DNA from: Halpernia frigidisoli
Lineage (GTDB): Bacteria > Bacteroidota > Bacteroidia > Flavobacteriales > Weeksellaceae
Length of the DNA stretch: 64,000 nucleotides
Assembly (NCBI RefSeq): GCF_900113805.1
Contig: NZ_FOQT01000001.1
Location: forward strand, 722,411-786,410
Direction of reading: 5' to 3'
Positions within the stretch are counted from its first letter, which is position 1; each line of letters begins with the position of its first letter. Below the pieces are notes generated by a model. That model saw only the letters and a list, made by a program, of their open reading frames with translations, was not told the DNA's origin and ran no database searches. Positions 30,601 to 41,216 of this stretch are shown here, piece by piece. The position numbers were made by a program, and so were the translations under genes.

Positions 30601-30953
30601 TGAAAAAACCGGTATTTTATAAAAGTTTAGGTTTTGCATTCAAAGGATTAATTTGGATGTTCAAAAACGAACGTAATTTCCAACTGGAAGTTATTGCTCT
30701 TTTTGTCAATATAATTTTAATTTTTGCTTTAAAATTAAATCATTTAGATTCTATCCTAATACTTTTAATCTGCGGATTTGTTTTGGTATCCGAAATTCTC
30801 AACACAGCTATTGAAAAACTTTGTGATTTTGTTGAACCAAAATTTCATACTAAAATTGGCATTATAAAGGATATTGCTGCGGGTGCAGTTTTATTAGCAA
30901 CTATTTTTGCGGTAATTGTCGGGATCTCAATTTATTGGAATTATATATTTTAA
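30600..30953 (+). CDS. dgkA: diacylglycerol kinase
   Basis: Three TM helices, a length of about 117 aa and a conserved EIALF/NTAIE region match DgkA. Confidence 0.75.
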   Translation: MKKPVFYKSLGFAFKGLIWMFKNERNFQLEVIALFVNIILIFALKLNHLDSILILLICGFVLVSEILNTAIEKLCDFVEPKFHTKIGIIKDIAAGAVLLATIFAVIVGISIYWNYIF

Positions 30954-30974
30954 AATTTCAATGCTTATCAAAAA

Positions 30975-31014
30975 TAAAAACCCTTTCTAAATTAACTAGA
31001 AAGGGTTTATTTTA
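30975..31014. terminator. bidirectional terminator between dgkA and the flotillin gene
   Basis: AAACCCTTTCTAAATTAACTAGAAAGGGTTT has T-rich flanks on both sides. Confidence 0.65.
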
Positions 31015-31028
31015 AAAATTAAACTTAA

Positions 31029-32972
31029 TTAAATTGGTTTTTCGTCAGTATCAGTTCCCGTTATAATCACAGGTTTTTCCACATTTTTCTTTTGAATCTG
31101 CTCTAAAAGTTGCAATCCCAAAAGTCCGCTGATGCCGCCGTTTGTAGAATCTCCGCCTCCACTGATCAAAATATCCGGCATAATTTTCACGTTTTGGTTG
31201 GCTATATTTTCCATAATTTTTAATTGTGTGAAATTATTTCCGCCCATTGCGCTTACAGAAAGTTTGTAAGATTCCGCATTAGATTTACCAATTGCCAGGA
31301 TTTTTTCAGCTTCTGCATTTCCTGTCAAACTAATTTGCTCAGCATTTGCTTTGGCTAAAAGTTCTATTTTCTCTGCTTCTGCCCTTGCTAAAAGTCTCGT
31401 TTTTTCTGCTTCACCAGTTGCCAAAAGTTTCAATCTGTCACCTTCCGCATTGGCTTGTAATCTCACAGAATTGGCGTCTCCCGTTGCTTTTTTCACACTT
31501 GCATCAGCCACTCTTTCCGCGATCCAAACACCTTGATCTGCTTTTACGATTTCTTTTTGCATATCTGCGATCGCCGTTTCTTTTTCCAGACTTTGTTTGG
31601 TTTCCTGCGCAAGCATTTCAGTTTCGTAAGTAATTTTTTGCTCTTCGGCTAATTTCCTGTCCGTCAAAGTTTTCATTAAACTTTCTGGTGGAACAATGTC
31701 ACCAATCAAAGTATCGACTGCATTCACATTATATTGATCCAAAACTGCGCTAATATGTTCTTTTGCAGATTGTTGTCTTTCTTTTCTTGTTCCTAAAAAC
31801 GCAATTACATCACTGTCTTGGGCAGAATTTCTAAAATAATTTCCAATCGTTGGTTCTAAAACCTGACTTACCAGATTGATCATATTTCCAAAACGTGCAA
31901 TCACTTTTGGCGCTTCATAAGTTGGAATATGAATAATTTGCGATACATCAAGATTAAACGGGAAACCATCTTTACTTCTTACCGTAATTGTCGAAAGATT
32001 TTTATCCAATTGATGACTTTCACTTCTTTCATAAGCCCAGTTTAAAACCAAATTCGTTGTAGGAACGAGTTCCACTTTCATAATGTAAGGATTGATCGGA
32101 TATTTTCCCGGACCAATTGGTTCGCTCCAAACACCTTTTTGACCTTTCGTCACAATATTTCCATGTTTGAAATCTACGCCACTTAAATCCTGTCCTTCAT
32201 CGCCTACATAACTGATTATTACACCAACATGTCCAATTGGAATTTCTGTCATTTTTACCATTTCGACTTTCGTAAACCATGGATTTAAAAAGTAAGATCC
32301 AGATAAAATTACCTGTTCCTGCAAACCTTTATAACCACCATTATTTAAAAAAGTATCGACATCCTGAAATTTATTGTGCGCAAAAATAATTTTTCCTGCA
32401 ATTTGTCCATCGTCTAACGGATTTCCTTCCATTGTTGTAATAATTCCAACTGCGTTGTCCGGAATTGTAGTCATTTCTGTTAACTCTAGTTCAAATAATA
32501 AGGTATTAATTCTGTATGAACCCGGCGCAATAATGGCAGTTTGTCTTCCTTTTCTTCCACCATTTTGTAAGAAAGCATTGGCGTCCTGAAAAGAGTCGCA
32601 ATCTACTTTTCTTGCTAAAATTCTTCCAGTTTCTAATTCAGTTCCATCCTTTGCTAAAATTAAACCGAGTTTTCCTGTTGGAATTACGGTGAAAGACTGA
32701 AATTGAATTGCATATTGCCAGATCCATTTGCCGAAATAAATTCCCGGTGCTAAAGTTTGCGCTTGAAATCCTGCTTCGCCATTGGTGGCGATAATTCTTC
32801 CTTCGGGTAGACTTTGTTTACCAAAAAGAACAAATTTTTTGGTTACCAAACCTATTTTATCTTCCGGGACAATCACTAATCCGAAGAAAATTCTTAAAAT
32901 AAATTTGTAAAAAATTAGGCATGCTAGAATGCCAATCACTGGAATCATCCAGTTTTGAAATGAAAATTGCAT
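31029..32972 (-). CDS. flotillin/SPFH (band 7) family protein
   Basis: An N-terminal TM segment, an SPFH domain and a long EA-rich coiled coil with AEAEK repeats are present. Confidence 0.8.
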   Translation of the reverse strand: MQFSFQNWMIPVIGILACLIFYKFILRIFFGLVIVPEDKIGLVTKKFVLFGKQSLPEGRIIATNGEAGFQAQTLAPGIYFGKWIWQYAIQFQSFTVIPTGKLGLILAKDGTELETGRILARKVDCDSFQDANAFLQNGGRKGRQTAIIAPGSYRINTLLFELELTEMTTIPDNAVGIITTMEGNPLDDGQIAGKIIFAHNKFQDVDTFLNNGGYKGLQEQVILSGSYFLNPWFTKVEMVKMTEIPIGHVGVIISYVGDEGQDLSGVDFKHGNIVTKGQKGVWSEPIGPGKYPINPYIMKVELVPTTNLVLNWAYERSESHQLDKNLSTITVRSKDGFPFNLDVSQIIHIPTYEAPKVIARFGNMINLVSQVLEPTIGNYFRNSAQDSDVIAFLGTRKERQQSAKEHISAVLDQYNVNAVDTLIGDIVPPESLMKTLTDRKLAEEQKITYETEMLAQETKQSLEKETAIADMQKEIVKADQGVWIAERVADASVKKATGDANSVRLQANAEGDRLKLLATGEAEKTRLLARAEAEKIELLAKANAEQISLTGNAEAEKILAIGKSNAESYKLSVSAMGGNNFTQLKIMENIANQNVKIMPDILISGGGDSTNGGISGLLGLQLLEQIQKKNVEKPVIITGTDTDEKPI

Positions 32973-33352
32973 AGTTTATTGTTTTAAATTGTTTTTTTAA
33001 ATAGAAAATACATCATTATATATCAATGATTTGCAACGAAGCAAACTCATTATTATTAAACATTTTAAAGGTGAATATCTTCGTTTTGTTTAATTTAAAA
33101 TTTAGACGTAAAAATGTAGATAATTCTTTTGAAGAATTAAAAAAATAACGCAGGTGGCGAAGTATTGAAAATTGTGAACACAATTTCAGAAACTTTTAAC
33201 ATGAATGTTTGAAAATTTAATAATTTCATTTTGATTTGCAAAGAGAATATTCTTTACAACCATTATACGTTGCAATAAATATGAAAGTGACAAAATTTAA
33301 CACTATTTTATAAAAAATTTGACAATACATTGATTATCAGATTAATTATTTT

Positions 33353-34141
33353 TTAAAATAAATCTTCCACACTTTCAAAACTATCTTTTGCTGCTTGATA
33401 ACCAATGTCAAAAATTTCTTCTAAGCGGTGTGCTTTTCTTTCAAAAGTGCCGTAAGCCGCTAATTTTTTTGAGGAAATAAACCAATCACAATACGCAAAT
33501 TTGTGAATTTCTGTTCGGTGAGAAAGTAATTCGTAGGCTCTTGTGGTAACAGATTTAATGGTTGAAAGGTTTGCCATTGTAACATCTTCCGGCATTGACA
33601 CGTAAACACCGATCATTTTATCACATTCATTTTTAATAATATCGGCGGGGAAATTATTTAAAACGCCACCATCGCTGAACATTTCATTTCCCACAATGTA
33701 AGGCGTTGTAATACCAGGGATTGAGCATGATGCAATTACTGCATCAACTATTTTAAAATCCTTGTTAAATATCTTTTGATCGCCAGAAATTAATTCTGTG
33801 GCTACAATTCTTAGATCTTTGTCTAAATCTCCTAAAGTTTTATCTTTGAAAACAGGCTCTAAATAATGTCTGAATATTTCCGAAGAAACTAAACCTGGTT
33901 TATTAATGGCAAAATGACGCCAATTAAAAAAATAAACTGATTTAAAAAAATCTAAAATTTCTTCCGCAGATTTTCCTGTGGCGTATAGACTTCCGACAAT
34001 TGCGCCGGCGCTACAACACGCTAAAATCTCTGGTTTAATGTTTTTCTCCTGTAAAAATTTGAGAACACCCGCGTGCGCAAGACCTTTCGTTCCGCCGCCG
34101 GATAAAACCAAGCCTAACTTTTCTACCTTTTTATCCAACAT
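33353..34141 (-). CDS. patatin-like phospholipase
   Basis: The GGGxKG oxyanion motif (LSGGGTKG) and a GxSxG serine motif (CCSAGA) are present. Confidence 0.75.
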   Translation of the reverse strand: MLDKKVEKLGLVLSGGGTKGLAHAGVLKFLQEKNIKPEILACCSAGAIVGSLYATGKSAEEILDFFKSVYFFNWRHFAINKPGLVSSEIFRHYLEPVFKDKTLGDLDKDLRIVATELISGDQKIFNKDFKIVDAVIASCSIPGITTPYIVGNEMFSDGGVLNNFPADIIKNECDKMIGVYVSMPEDVTMANLSTIKSVTTRAYELLSHRTEIHKFAYCDWFISSKKLAAYGTFERKAHRLEEIFDIGYQAAKDSFESVEDLF

Positions 34142-34832
34142 TTACACCAAATATATAACCTGCTACCGCTGAAGCAATCATTGCCAAAGTTCCCCAGATT
34201 ACAATTCTCACAATTGCATTTAGAATATGAGAACCGCCGCCCCGCGCAGATAGATAACCTAAAATACTGAGAAAAATTAAAGCAAAAACATATTGATAGT
34301 ACATCATATTATGCAGTGGAAGGAAAATACAAACTAAAAGCGGTAAAATTCCGCCAGTGGTGAAAGATGCGCCACTTGCAAATGCGGCTTGAAAAGGTTG
34401 CGCTTTCATGATTTCATTGATGCCTAATTCATCTCTTGCGTGCGCGCCCAAAGCATCATGATCATGTAACTGTTGCGCAACTTGATGTGATAATTCTGCG
34501 GTCAAACCTCGTTTTTGATAGATTTTTGCCAATTCACGCATTTCTAATTCTGGCATTTCTTCCAGTTCTTTGGCTTCACGTTTTAGATCTGCTTCTTCAA
34601 TATCCCCCTGTGAACTTACAGAAACATATTCTCCAGCAGCCATCGCAAAAATACCTGCAACTAAACCCGCCAAAGATGCTAACACTAAAACTTCCCGGCT
34701 TGAACCTGCTGCTGCAACGCCAACTGCCATACTGGCAACAGATAAAATACCATCATTTGCACCTAAAACTGACGCACGGATCCAGTTGCTTCGGTTAATA
34801 AAATGATCTTCAAATTGTATTTCTTCTTTCAT
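34131..34832 (-). CDS. VIT1/CCC1 family iron/manganese transporter
   Basis: VLGANDGILSVASMAVGVA and five TM helices match the VIT family. Confidence 0.75.
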   Translation of the reverse strand: MKEEIQFEDHFINRSNWIRASVLGANDGILSVASMAVGVAAAGSSREVLVLASLAGLVAGIFAMAAGEYVSVSSQGDIEEADLKREAKELEEMPELEMRELAKIYQKRGLTAELSHQVAQQLHDHDALGAHARDELGINEIMKAQPFQAAFASGASFTTGGILPLLVCIFLPLHNMMYYQYVFALIFLSILGYLSARGGGSHILNAIVRIVIWGTLAMIASAVAGYIFGVNVG

Positions 34833-34891
34833 TATGTAAAAATAAAAAAAAGACGGTGAAAAACCGCCTTTAATTTTTAAACAAGAAATAT

Positions 34892-35770
34892 TTATTCTAA
34901 AAGTTCATTGACATTCGGATATTGTGAAATCTTTTTAAATTGAAATCTTCGGCTATTTTGAAGTTTTTGTATAAATAATTTTAGTTCATTTACAGAATTA
35001 TCATCTTTTAAGTATTGATCATGAGTGAGTAAAACTAAATGTCTTGAAGTTTTTTCTAAATCATTATAAAAAATACTATCTACCATTTTAATCATTTCTT
35101 CATTCGTATTTTTGAGTTTCATATCTTTTGTAGGAAGCCATTCTAAATCCCAACCAATCAATTTGTAATGTTTATTTGCTAAATCATCTGCTGAGTTCTT
35201 AGATTTTTTTACATCAGTAATATTAAAAGAATCCGTGCGCCAAATATTTCTTCCCGGCGTTCTAGCGATGTTATTTTTTAATTTTAAACTGTCTTTCGCT
35301 CTGTCAAAATCGGCTACAACTTCTTCTGAATTTTCATAAAATTTTTCATATTTATTGGAAGCATGCGTGTAACTGTGATTTGCAAGTTCAAAATAAGAAT
35401 CATTTTTTAAAATTTCAAAATCGGCTTTTTGTTTTTTACTACCGAAAACATGTTGGCCAACTATAAAAGCAGTTGCAGGAACTTTTCTTTCATTAATGAT
35501 TTTTACTAAATTTTCTGTTCCGCGATTTGGTCCATCATCAAATGTGAGATAAATAGTTCGTCTGTTGTCAACGGATTCTTCTGGTTTTGCTAAAGACCTT
35601 AATTTATTTTCCTCATCTATATTTCTATTATTTTTCTTGACGACAGATTTTTGGTTTATGGACTCTTTTTTACAAGAATGTAAAAATAGAATTGAAATAC
35701 CTGCAAGCGCGATCGTTGCTAAACCTAAAAAAGCCAAACTATTTGACTTTTTATTAAAATTTGTTGTCAT
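34892..35770 (-). CDS. polysaccharide deacetylase family protein
   Basis: The NodB motifs TFDDGP and a His-His region are present, with a signal/TM N-terminus. Confidence 0.75.
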   Translation of the reverse strand: MTTNFNKKSNSLAFLGLATIALAGISILFLHSCKKESINQKSVVKKNNRNIDEENKLRSLAKPEESVDNRRTIYLTFDDGPNRGTENLVKIINERKVPATAFIVGQHVFGSKKQKADFEILKNDSYFELANHSYTHASNKYEKFYENSEEVVADFDRAKDSLKLKNNIARTPGRNIWRTDSFNITDVKKSKNSADDLANKHYKLIGWDLEWLPTKDMKLKNTNEEMIKMVDSIFYNDLEKTSRHLVLLTHDQYLKDDNSVNELKLFIQKLQNSRRFQFKKISQYPNVNELLE

Positions 35771-36077
35771 GAAAATTTAAGGAATTAAGTTGTTAAAATA
35801 TGTTAATAAACGTTAATTTATATTAACAAAATAAATGCCGCATTTATATTTAATTTAAAAAATTCAGTAGTTGTTAATAACTTATTTTCAGTTGTTTACA
35901 AAAGCGAAAAATTAGAATTTTAAAATCTTAGTAAAATCTATAATTTTATAAATTTATGATTTTGTTAACAATATAATTGTAGAAAAGTATTGTCTTTTTA
36001 TTGATAAATTTGAGAATGATATTATTTCAACGAGAAAATTATCTTTTTAAAAACAACTGTTTTTTTTTTGCGATAAG

Positions 36078-36160
36078 TTGCAGCCCGACTTGAGTGGAGT
36101 TCCTTTTGTGAGGAGGAACGACGAATAAAAGAACGGGAACGGAAGGCGGAAATGTCTGCC
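36078..36160 (+). repeat. structured intergenic repeat, copy 2
   Basis: TTGCAGCCCGACTTGAGTGGAGTTCCTTTT...GGGAACGGAAGGCGGAAATGTCTGCC matches copies 1 and 3. Confidence 0.6.
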
Positions 36161-36280
36161 ATAAAAAATTGAAAAATAGACATTCGACGCAGTCAAATGC
36201 TGCCCAAATAAAATAACAAATAAGCATTCTGCAAAGTCATTTGTCTGCCCAAAATAAATAACTACTCGTTAGAATACGTG
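36147..36280 (+). repeat. three tandem ~45-bp units, the first two of which form hairpins
   Basis: Units begin at 36149, 36194 and 36239 and share the motif AAATG(T)CTGCC(C)AAA(A)TAAAA. Unit 1 pairs AATGTCT/AGACATT and unit 2 pairs AATGCT/AGCATT, a compensatory change. Confidence 0.5.
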
Positions 36281-36289
36281 AAAATTTTA

Positions 36290-36322
36290 CCAAAAAAAAA
36301 AAAAACTTCACCCTGAAGTTTC
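36290..36322 (-). terminator. Rho-independent terminator for the lpdA-lipoprotein transcription unit
   Basis: On the minus strand, AACTTCAGGGTGAAGTT is followed by T14. Confidence 0.7.
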
Positions 36323-36428
36323 TGGATGAACTTTTAGAGACATATCAGTGTGTTCTTAAATGTGAGTTAATTCAATATAGATTATGGATTGTTTTTAAAA
36401 AGATTATTAACTACATTAAATCCGAAAA

Positions 36429-37070
36429 TTATTGAGGCAAATTTATGACATAATTTATTTTCTCCATATTCAGTAAGTTGAAGATATATTCACTGCCTGA
36501 CTCGTATAACACTTCTGCTCTTTTTACTATAAATTTATTTGGCAGAAGTTGATCATTAAGATTTTGGAAAATGATTTGGACTATATTTGGATTTAGATCC
36601 AGAGGCAAATATGAAATCAAATTATCGTCTGATTTTTCTAAAAAAACTTTTAAAATCATGGGTTTTTTATCTTTCTTAGTTTTATAAACAATAATCTTGT
36701 AAACAAAATCTGAAATTTTAATTAATTCGGTTCTGTCAACTTTAAATTCATTCTCGACAATAAAAGGTTTTGTATTTACTAATTTTAATTGATTTTCATC
36801 TTTTACGATTTCATTTTTAAATGTAAAAGTTTTGTCAGTTAGGTAATCATTTACATTAAGACTATCTCCCCGAATAAATAGCGAAATATCATGCCGCAAT
36901 GAACTCACAGAATGAGAACTGGTATATTCCGTTTTATCTTGATTGTTAAATACTCTATAAGTAAGTTTATAATCAATTGTAAGTTGCTGTGCGTGGGATA
37001 AACCTATAATAAAAAAGAAGAAAAAAAGTATTTTATGCATTTTACTAATTATTACTAAAAAACCCCGCAA
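36429..37070 (-). CDS. hypothetical secreted protein
   Basis: Its signal peptide is MHKILFFFFFIIGLSHAQ. The likely start is at 37040. Confidence 0.45.
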   Translation of the reverse strand: MRGFLVIISKMHKILFFFFFIIGLSHAQQLTIDYKLTYRVFNNQDKTEYTSSHSVSSLRHDISLFIRGDSLNVNDYLTDKTFTFKNEIVKDENQLKLVNTKPFIVENEFKVDRTELIKISDFVYKIIVYKTKKDKKPMILKVFLEKSDDNLISYLPLDLNPNIVQIIFQNLNDQLLPNKFIVKRAEVLYESGSEYIFNLLNMEKINYVINLPQ

Positions 37071-37105
37071 AATTAGTTGCGAGGTTTTTAAATTTTGATA
37101 AGTTT

Positions 37106-38494
37106 TTAAATATGAATCACTTCACCGTAAGCAGCGGCAACTGCTTCTGTCATTGCTTCAGACAAAGTTGGATGCGGGTGAATTGCTTTTAAAAGTGCGT
37201 GACCGGTAGTTTCTAATTTACGGGCAACAACTGCTTCTGCGATCATTTCTGTAACGCCAGTTCCAATCATGTGGCAACCTAAAAATTCGCCATATTTTGC
37301 ATCAAAAATCACTTTGATAAATCCATCAGTATCGCCGTTTGCAGTGGCTTTTCCATTGGCGGAGAAAGGAAATTTACCGATTTTTAATTCGTAGCCTTTT
37401 TCTCTTGCCTGTTTTTCAGTCATACCGACGCTCGCTACTTCTGGGTGACAATACGTACAACCTGGAATGTTTCCGTAATCTATGGTTTCAACGTGAAGAC
37501 CTTTAATTTTTTCAATACAAGTGATGCCTTCTGCACTCGCAACGTGCGCCAAAGCCTGTGTAGGAAGCAAATCACCGATTGCGTAATAGCCAGGAACGGA
37601 AGTTTCATACCATTCATTGACCAAAACTTTTCCTTTTTCAGTTTTAATACCGACTTCTTCGAAACCCTGACCTTCGAGATTGGAAGCAATTCCAACCGCG
37701 GAAAGTAAAATATCTGCTTCTAAAGTAATATTTCCTTTTGCAGTTTTTACATTGGCTTTTACACCTTCGCCAGACGTATCGATTGATTCTACGGAAGCAT
37801 TCAGCATAATGTCAATGCCGGATTTTTTCAAAGATTTTTCCAGCTGTTTTGAGATATCTTCGTCTTCTACAGGAACTACGTTTGGCATAAATTCTACGAT
37901 GGTCACTTTCGTTCCCATCGTGTTATAAAAATCTGCGAACTCAACTCCAATCGCACCTGAACCAACAACGATCATAGATTTTGGTTGTTTGTCCAGCGTC
38001 ATCGCTTTCCTGTAACCAATTACTTTTACACCATCTTGTGGAATATTTGGCAATTCACGGGAACGCGCGCCTTGTGCAAGAATAATATTTGTGGCAGAAT
38101 ATTCAGAAGTTTTTCCTTCTTTGTCTGTTACATTTACTTTTTTACCTTTTGCAATTTTTGCAGTTCCAAAAATCACATCGATTTTATTTTTTTTCATTAA
38201 AAACTCGATGCCTTTGCTCATTTTATTGGCAACGCCTCTACTTCTTTTAACAACATTTGAAAATTCAAAAGTAGATTCAGATTTATTTAAACCAAATTCT
38301 TCTGCGTGATTGATATAATGGAAAACCTGTGCAGATTTTAAAAGTGCTTTTGTAGGAATACAACCCCAGTTTAGGCAAATTCCGCCCAATTCTTCTCTCT
38401 CAATAATTGCAGTTTTGAAACCCAATTGTGCTGCTCTGATCGCTGCAACGTATCCGCCAGGACCGCTTCCTATAACAATAATATCGTAATTCAT
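37106..38494 (-). CDS. lpdA: dihydrolipoyl dehydrogenase
   Basis: An FAD-binding GxGxxG motif, the redox disulfide GGICLNWGCIPTK and a C-terminal His-Pro-Glu dimerisation region are present. Confidence 0.9.
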   Translation of the reverse strand: MNYDIIVIGSGPGGYVAAIRAAQLGFKTAIIEREELGGICLNWGCIPTKALLKSAQVFHYINHAEEFGLNKSESTFEFSNVVKRSRGVANKMSKGIEFLMKKNKIDVIFGTAKIAKGKKVNVTDKEGKTSEYSATNIILAQGARSRELPNIPQDGVKVIGYRKAMTLDKQPKSMIVVGSGAIGVEFADFYNTMGTKVTIVEFMPNVVPVEDEDISKQLEKSLKKSGIDIMLNASVESIDTSGEGVKANVKTAKGNITLEADILLSAVGIASNLEGQGFEEVGIKTEKGKVLVNEWYETSVPGYYAIGDLLPTQALAHVASAEGITCIEKIKGLHVETIDYGNIPGCTYCHPEVASVGMTEKQAREKGYELKIGKFPFSANGKATANGDTDGFIKVIFDAKYGEFLGCHMIGTGVTEMIAEAVVARKLETTGHALLKAIHPHPTLSEAMTEAVAAAYGEVIHI

Positions 38495-38538
38495 GTTTCT
38501 TAAAAATTTTTACGCAAATTTAGTGAAAAATTATGGTT

Positions 38539-39432
38539 TTAAATTAAGGTATCCAGGGCTTTTTCAAACGTAGGGTAATGAAAATTAAAATCAGAATCAA
38601 TTAATTTTTGTGGAAATACATTTCTACTTTTTAACATTAATTCTGTTTCCGTTTTGATGAATAATGCAGCAATTTCTAAAAGCCAAACTGGTGACGGAAT
38701 TCCAAATGGTATTTTTAATTTTTTTCTAAGTAATTCCATCATTTTACCGTTGGACAAAGGATTTGGTGCGGTTGTATTTAAAACGCCTTTTAAATTTTCA
38801 TTAGAGATTATAAATTCTATAATTCTGCAAAAATCTTCTATGTGAATCCAACTCATCATCTGCGTTCCTCTTCCCTGTTTTCCACCCAAACCAAGTTTAG
38901 AAATCTGCACAAATTTTGGAAAAGCACCGCCATTTTTTCCTAAAACTATCGAAGTTCTTAATGACACTTTTCTAATGTTTATATTAGAAACTTTAAAAAA
39001 TTTTCTTTCCCATTGTTTGCAAATATTCATGGAAAAATCATCTCCAATTATTCCGTTTTGTTCTGTGTTTAAATTGGTTTCGGAATGAATGTAAATCGTT
39101 GCCGAACTTGCATTGAGCCATATTTTTGGTGGATTTTCGCAAAGATCAACGGCATTTTGCAATGCTTTTGTACTTTCAATTCTTGAAGATAAAATTTCAT
39201 TTCGGTTTTTTTCGGTGTATCTGCAATCAACTGATTTACCAGCGAGATTGATTAAAACATCAGCATTTTCAAGTTTAGATTTCCAATCACCGAGGGTTTT
39301 TCCATCCCAAAAAACATCATTTTTATTTTTTGGATTTCTCGTTAGAATTTTAACTTCATTGTTTAGAGAAAGAAAATAAGTTTCTAATTCTTTACCTAAA
39401 AATCCTGCGCCACCTGCAATTATAATTTTCAT
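38539..39432 (-). CDS. TIGR01777/YfcH-type NAD-dependent epimerase-like protein (DUF1731)
   Basis: A Rossmann N-terminus (IIAGGAGFLG) and a length of about 297 aa fit this family. Confidence 0.6.
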   Translation of the reverse strand: MKIIIAGGAGFLGKELETYFLSLNNEVKILTRNPKNKNDVFWDGKTLGDWKSKLENADVLINLAGKSVDCRYTEKNRNEILSSRIESTKALQNAVDLCENPPKIWLNASSATIYIHSETNLNTEQNGIIGDDFSMNICKQWERKFFKVSNINIRKVSLRTSIVLGKNGGAFPKFVQISKLGLGGKQGRGTQMMSWIHIEDFCRIIEFIISNENLKGVLNTTAPNPLSNGKMMELLRKKLKIPFGIPSPVWLLEIAALFIKTETELMLKSRNVFPQKLIDSDFNFHYPTFEKALDTLI

Positions 39433-39483
39433 TTTGAATGAGTTTTAAGTTTAATAAATTTAATTAACATTCATTTGAGATTT

Positions 39484-39837
39484 TTATTTTAAATCTTTAA
39501 TTAAATAAAAGCCTGATAGGGTGTAATACAAACTAATTAGCAAACTGATTATAATTAAATACAACATAAAAAATTCATCGTTTAAATTGAGGAATGATCC
39601 AAAAATATATAAACTTAAAAAAAAGATCAAAACAATGAAAAAGTAATACATCATAAACTTACTTTTAATAGTAAATATCCGAACTAAAAATCCAATAAAA
39701 TTAGAGACGGCAAGAATTGGTAAAATTGTAAATATTATAAAAAAGCCATCCTTAACATTGAAAAAATAGTAGACTAAACTTGCAAGAATTATCAGTAGTT
39801 GAATTGCTAATTCTATTTTTAAAATTTTAGTTTTCAT
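39484..39837 (-). CDS. hypothetical membrane protein
   Basis: Four hydrophobic helices are predicted and no domain is recognised. Confidence 0.35.
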   Translation of the reverse strand: MKTKILKIELAIQLLIILASLVYYFFNVKDGFFIIFTILPILAVSNFIGFLVRIFTIKSKFMMYYFFIVLIFFLSLYIFGSFLNLNDEFFMLYLIIISLLISLYYTLSGFYLIKDLK

Positions 39838-39903
39838 AATTATAAATTTAAAAATTGGGATCGATCTCTATTTTTGTTTTTAAAGAAAAACAGCATAATT
39901 AAA

Positions 39904-40314
39904 TTAAACATTAGATTTTTCATAATTTTTGTAAACTTTTTTAATATCTAAGATGTAAAAAATTGATAAGATTGGGCTGTAAAAAAAAGCGGCATAAAGC
40001 AAAAGAAAAAATAAACCTGCTATTTTATTAAATTCTCCCAAATCAATATTTTTACCTTGTAAAAGAATCATTGAAAAAAGTATAGTCCAAACTGGCACTA
40101 TCAAATAGCCATAAACTTTAAAAAAAGTAGATTTTTTATATTTTAAAAATAATCGAATAAGAAAACTTACCAACTGGAATCCACCAACGAAATAATAAAA
40201 ATAAAATATTTTTTCTAAATGTTTGATAATGAAATAATTGAAAATTAAATAAGCAATAAAGATTAAAAACACAGATTGCTGAACGATTGAATCAATTTTA
40301 AAAAATGTTTTCAT
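39904..40314 (-). CDS. hypothetical membrane protein
   Basis: It is a polytopic hydrophobic ORF. Confidence 0.35.
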   Translation of the reverse strand: MKTFFKIDSIVQQSVFLIFIAYLIFNYFIIKHLEKIFYFYYFVGGFQLVSFLIRLFLKYKKSTFFKVYGYLIVPVWTILFSMILLQGKNIDLGEFNKIAGLFFLLLYAAFFYSPILSIFYILDIKKVYKNYEKSNV

Positions 40315-40387
40315 GATATTTTATATTTTTGTAGTTTCAGTAAATATTGAAAGTATATTTGAAATAAAAAAGGAATTTCTTCCTTTC

Positions 40388-40894
40388 TTATTTCTTTAAT
40401 AGATTGGTAATTTTCCCAACCAACCAATGATCGTCGCTTTTTATGGCCAAATCCATTATGTTATTGATTTTATTGGTGACGTTGGAAAAATCTTCCATCA
40501 GTTTTATAAATTCTTTTGCTTCTTCAGAATCATTGTCTTCTATTTCTTTTAAATCTTCCAGAAATTTTATAATCGGTTCAATTTCTCTTTTCCGGCGTTC
40601 TTTGGTAATTTGTTTAAATAAAAACCAAACATCTTTATCGGCAGAAAAAAATTCTTTGCGCTCCCCTTTTATGATTTCTTTTTTCACAATTCCCCAATCC
40701 ATCAAAGCACGAATATTCATGTTGGCATTGCCTCGGGAAATCTGCAAATGTGCCATGATTTCGTCAGTAGACAAAGCATTTGAGGAAGATAAAAGTAGTG
40801 CATGAACTTGCGCCATAGTTCTGTTAATTCCCCAATTCGTGGCAAAAGTTCCCCAGGTTTGGATGTATTTTTCTTTGGCGTCAGATAATTTCAT
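40388..40894 (-). CDS. GbsR/MarR family transcriptional regulator
   Basis: A winged HTH (LSTDEIMAHLQISRGNANMNIRALMDWGIV) is followed by a coiled-coil C-terminus. Confidence 0.65.
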   Translation of the reverse strand: MKLSDAKEKYIQTWGTFATNWGINRTMAQVHALLLSSSNALSTDEIMAHLQISRGNANMNIRALMDWGIVKKEIIKGERKEFFSADKDVWFLFKQITKERRKREIEPIIKFLEDLKEIEDNDSEEAKEFIKLMEDFSNVTNKINNIMDLAIKSDDHWLVGKITNLLKK

Positions 40895-41149
40895 TTTGTT
40901 TTAATTTCTTCTACAAAGATAATTAAAATTTCTAAACTTTCAATAATAATTGAAAGTCAATTTTAAAAATTACATTAAAAGTTTTTTTTAATTTATTATA
41001 AGAAATTTTCTTTCCCCAACTCTAAAGGGTGGAAAATTTTTCGAAAAGTTTACAAAGAATCTCCTTTTAGGGTCTGGTGAAAATATTTTTTATGAAATTT
41101 TGACAAATGCTTTGTATCTAAAGTTTTGCCTAAAGCCTTGTTATGATTA

Positions 41150-41178
41150 AATAAAAAAGCGGACTAAAGTCCGCTCCT
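41150..41178 (-). terminator. terminator after the vWA gene
   Basis: On the minus strand, AGCGGACTTTAGTCCGCT is followed by T6. Confidence 0.6.
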
Positions 41179-41216
41179 ATTAATTTTCTGATGTTTGAAT
41201 TTATTTTATAATAGTT

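Noticed and set aside
33140-33200. TGTGAACACAA near-palindrome upstream of the flotillin gene as a Crp/Fnr site
   Set aside because: Spacing and half-sites do not fit TGTGA-N6-TCACA or TTGAT-N4-ATCAA. It is a single weak occurrence.
36039-36227. 62-aa minus-strand ORF spanning repeat copy 2
   Set aside because: It overlaps a conserved structured repeat found in two other non-coding locations, so it is unlikely to be coding.
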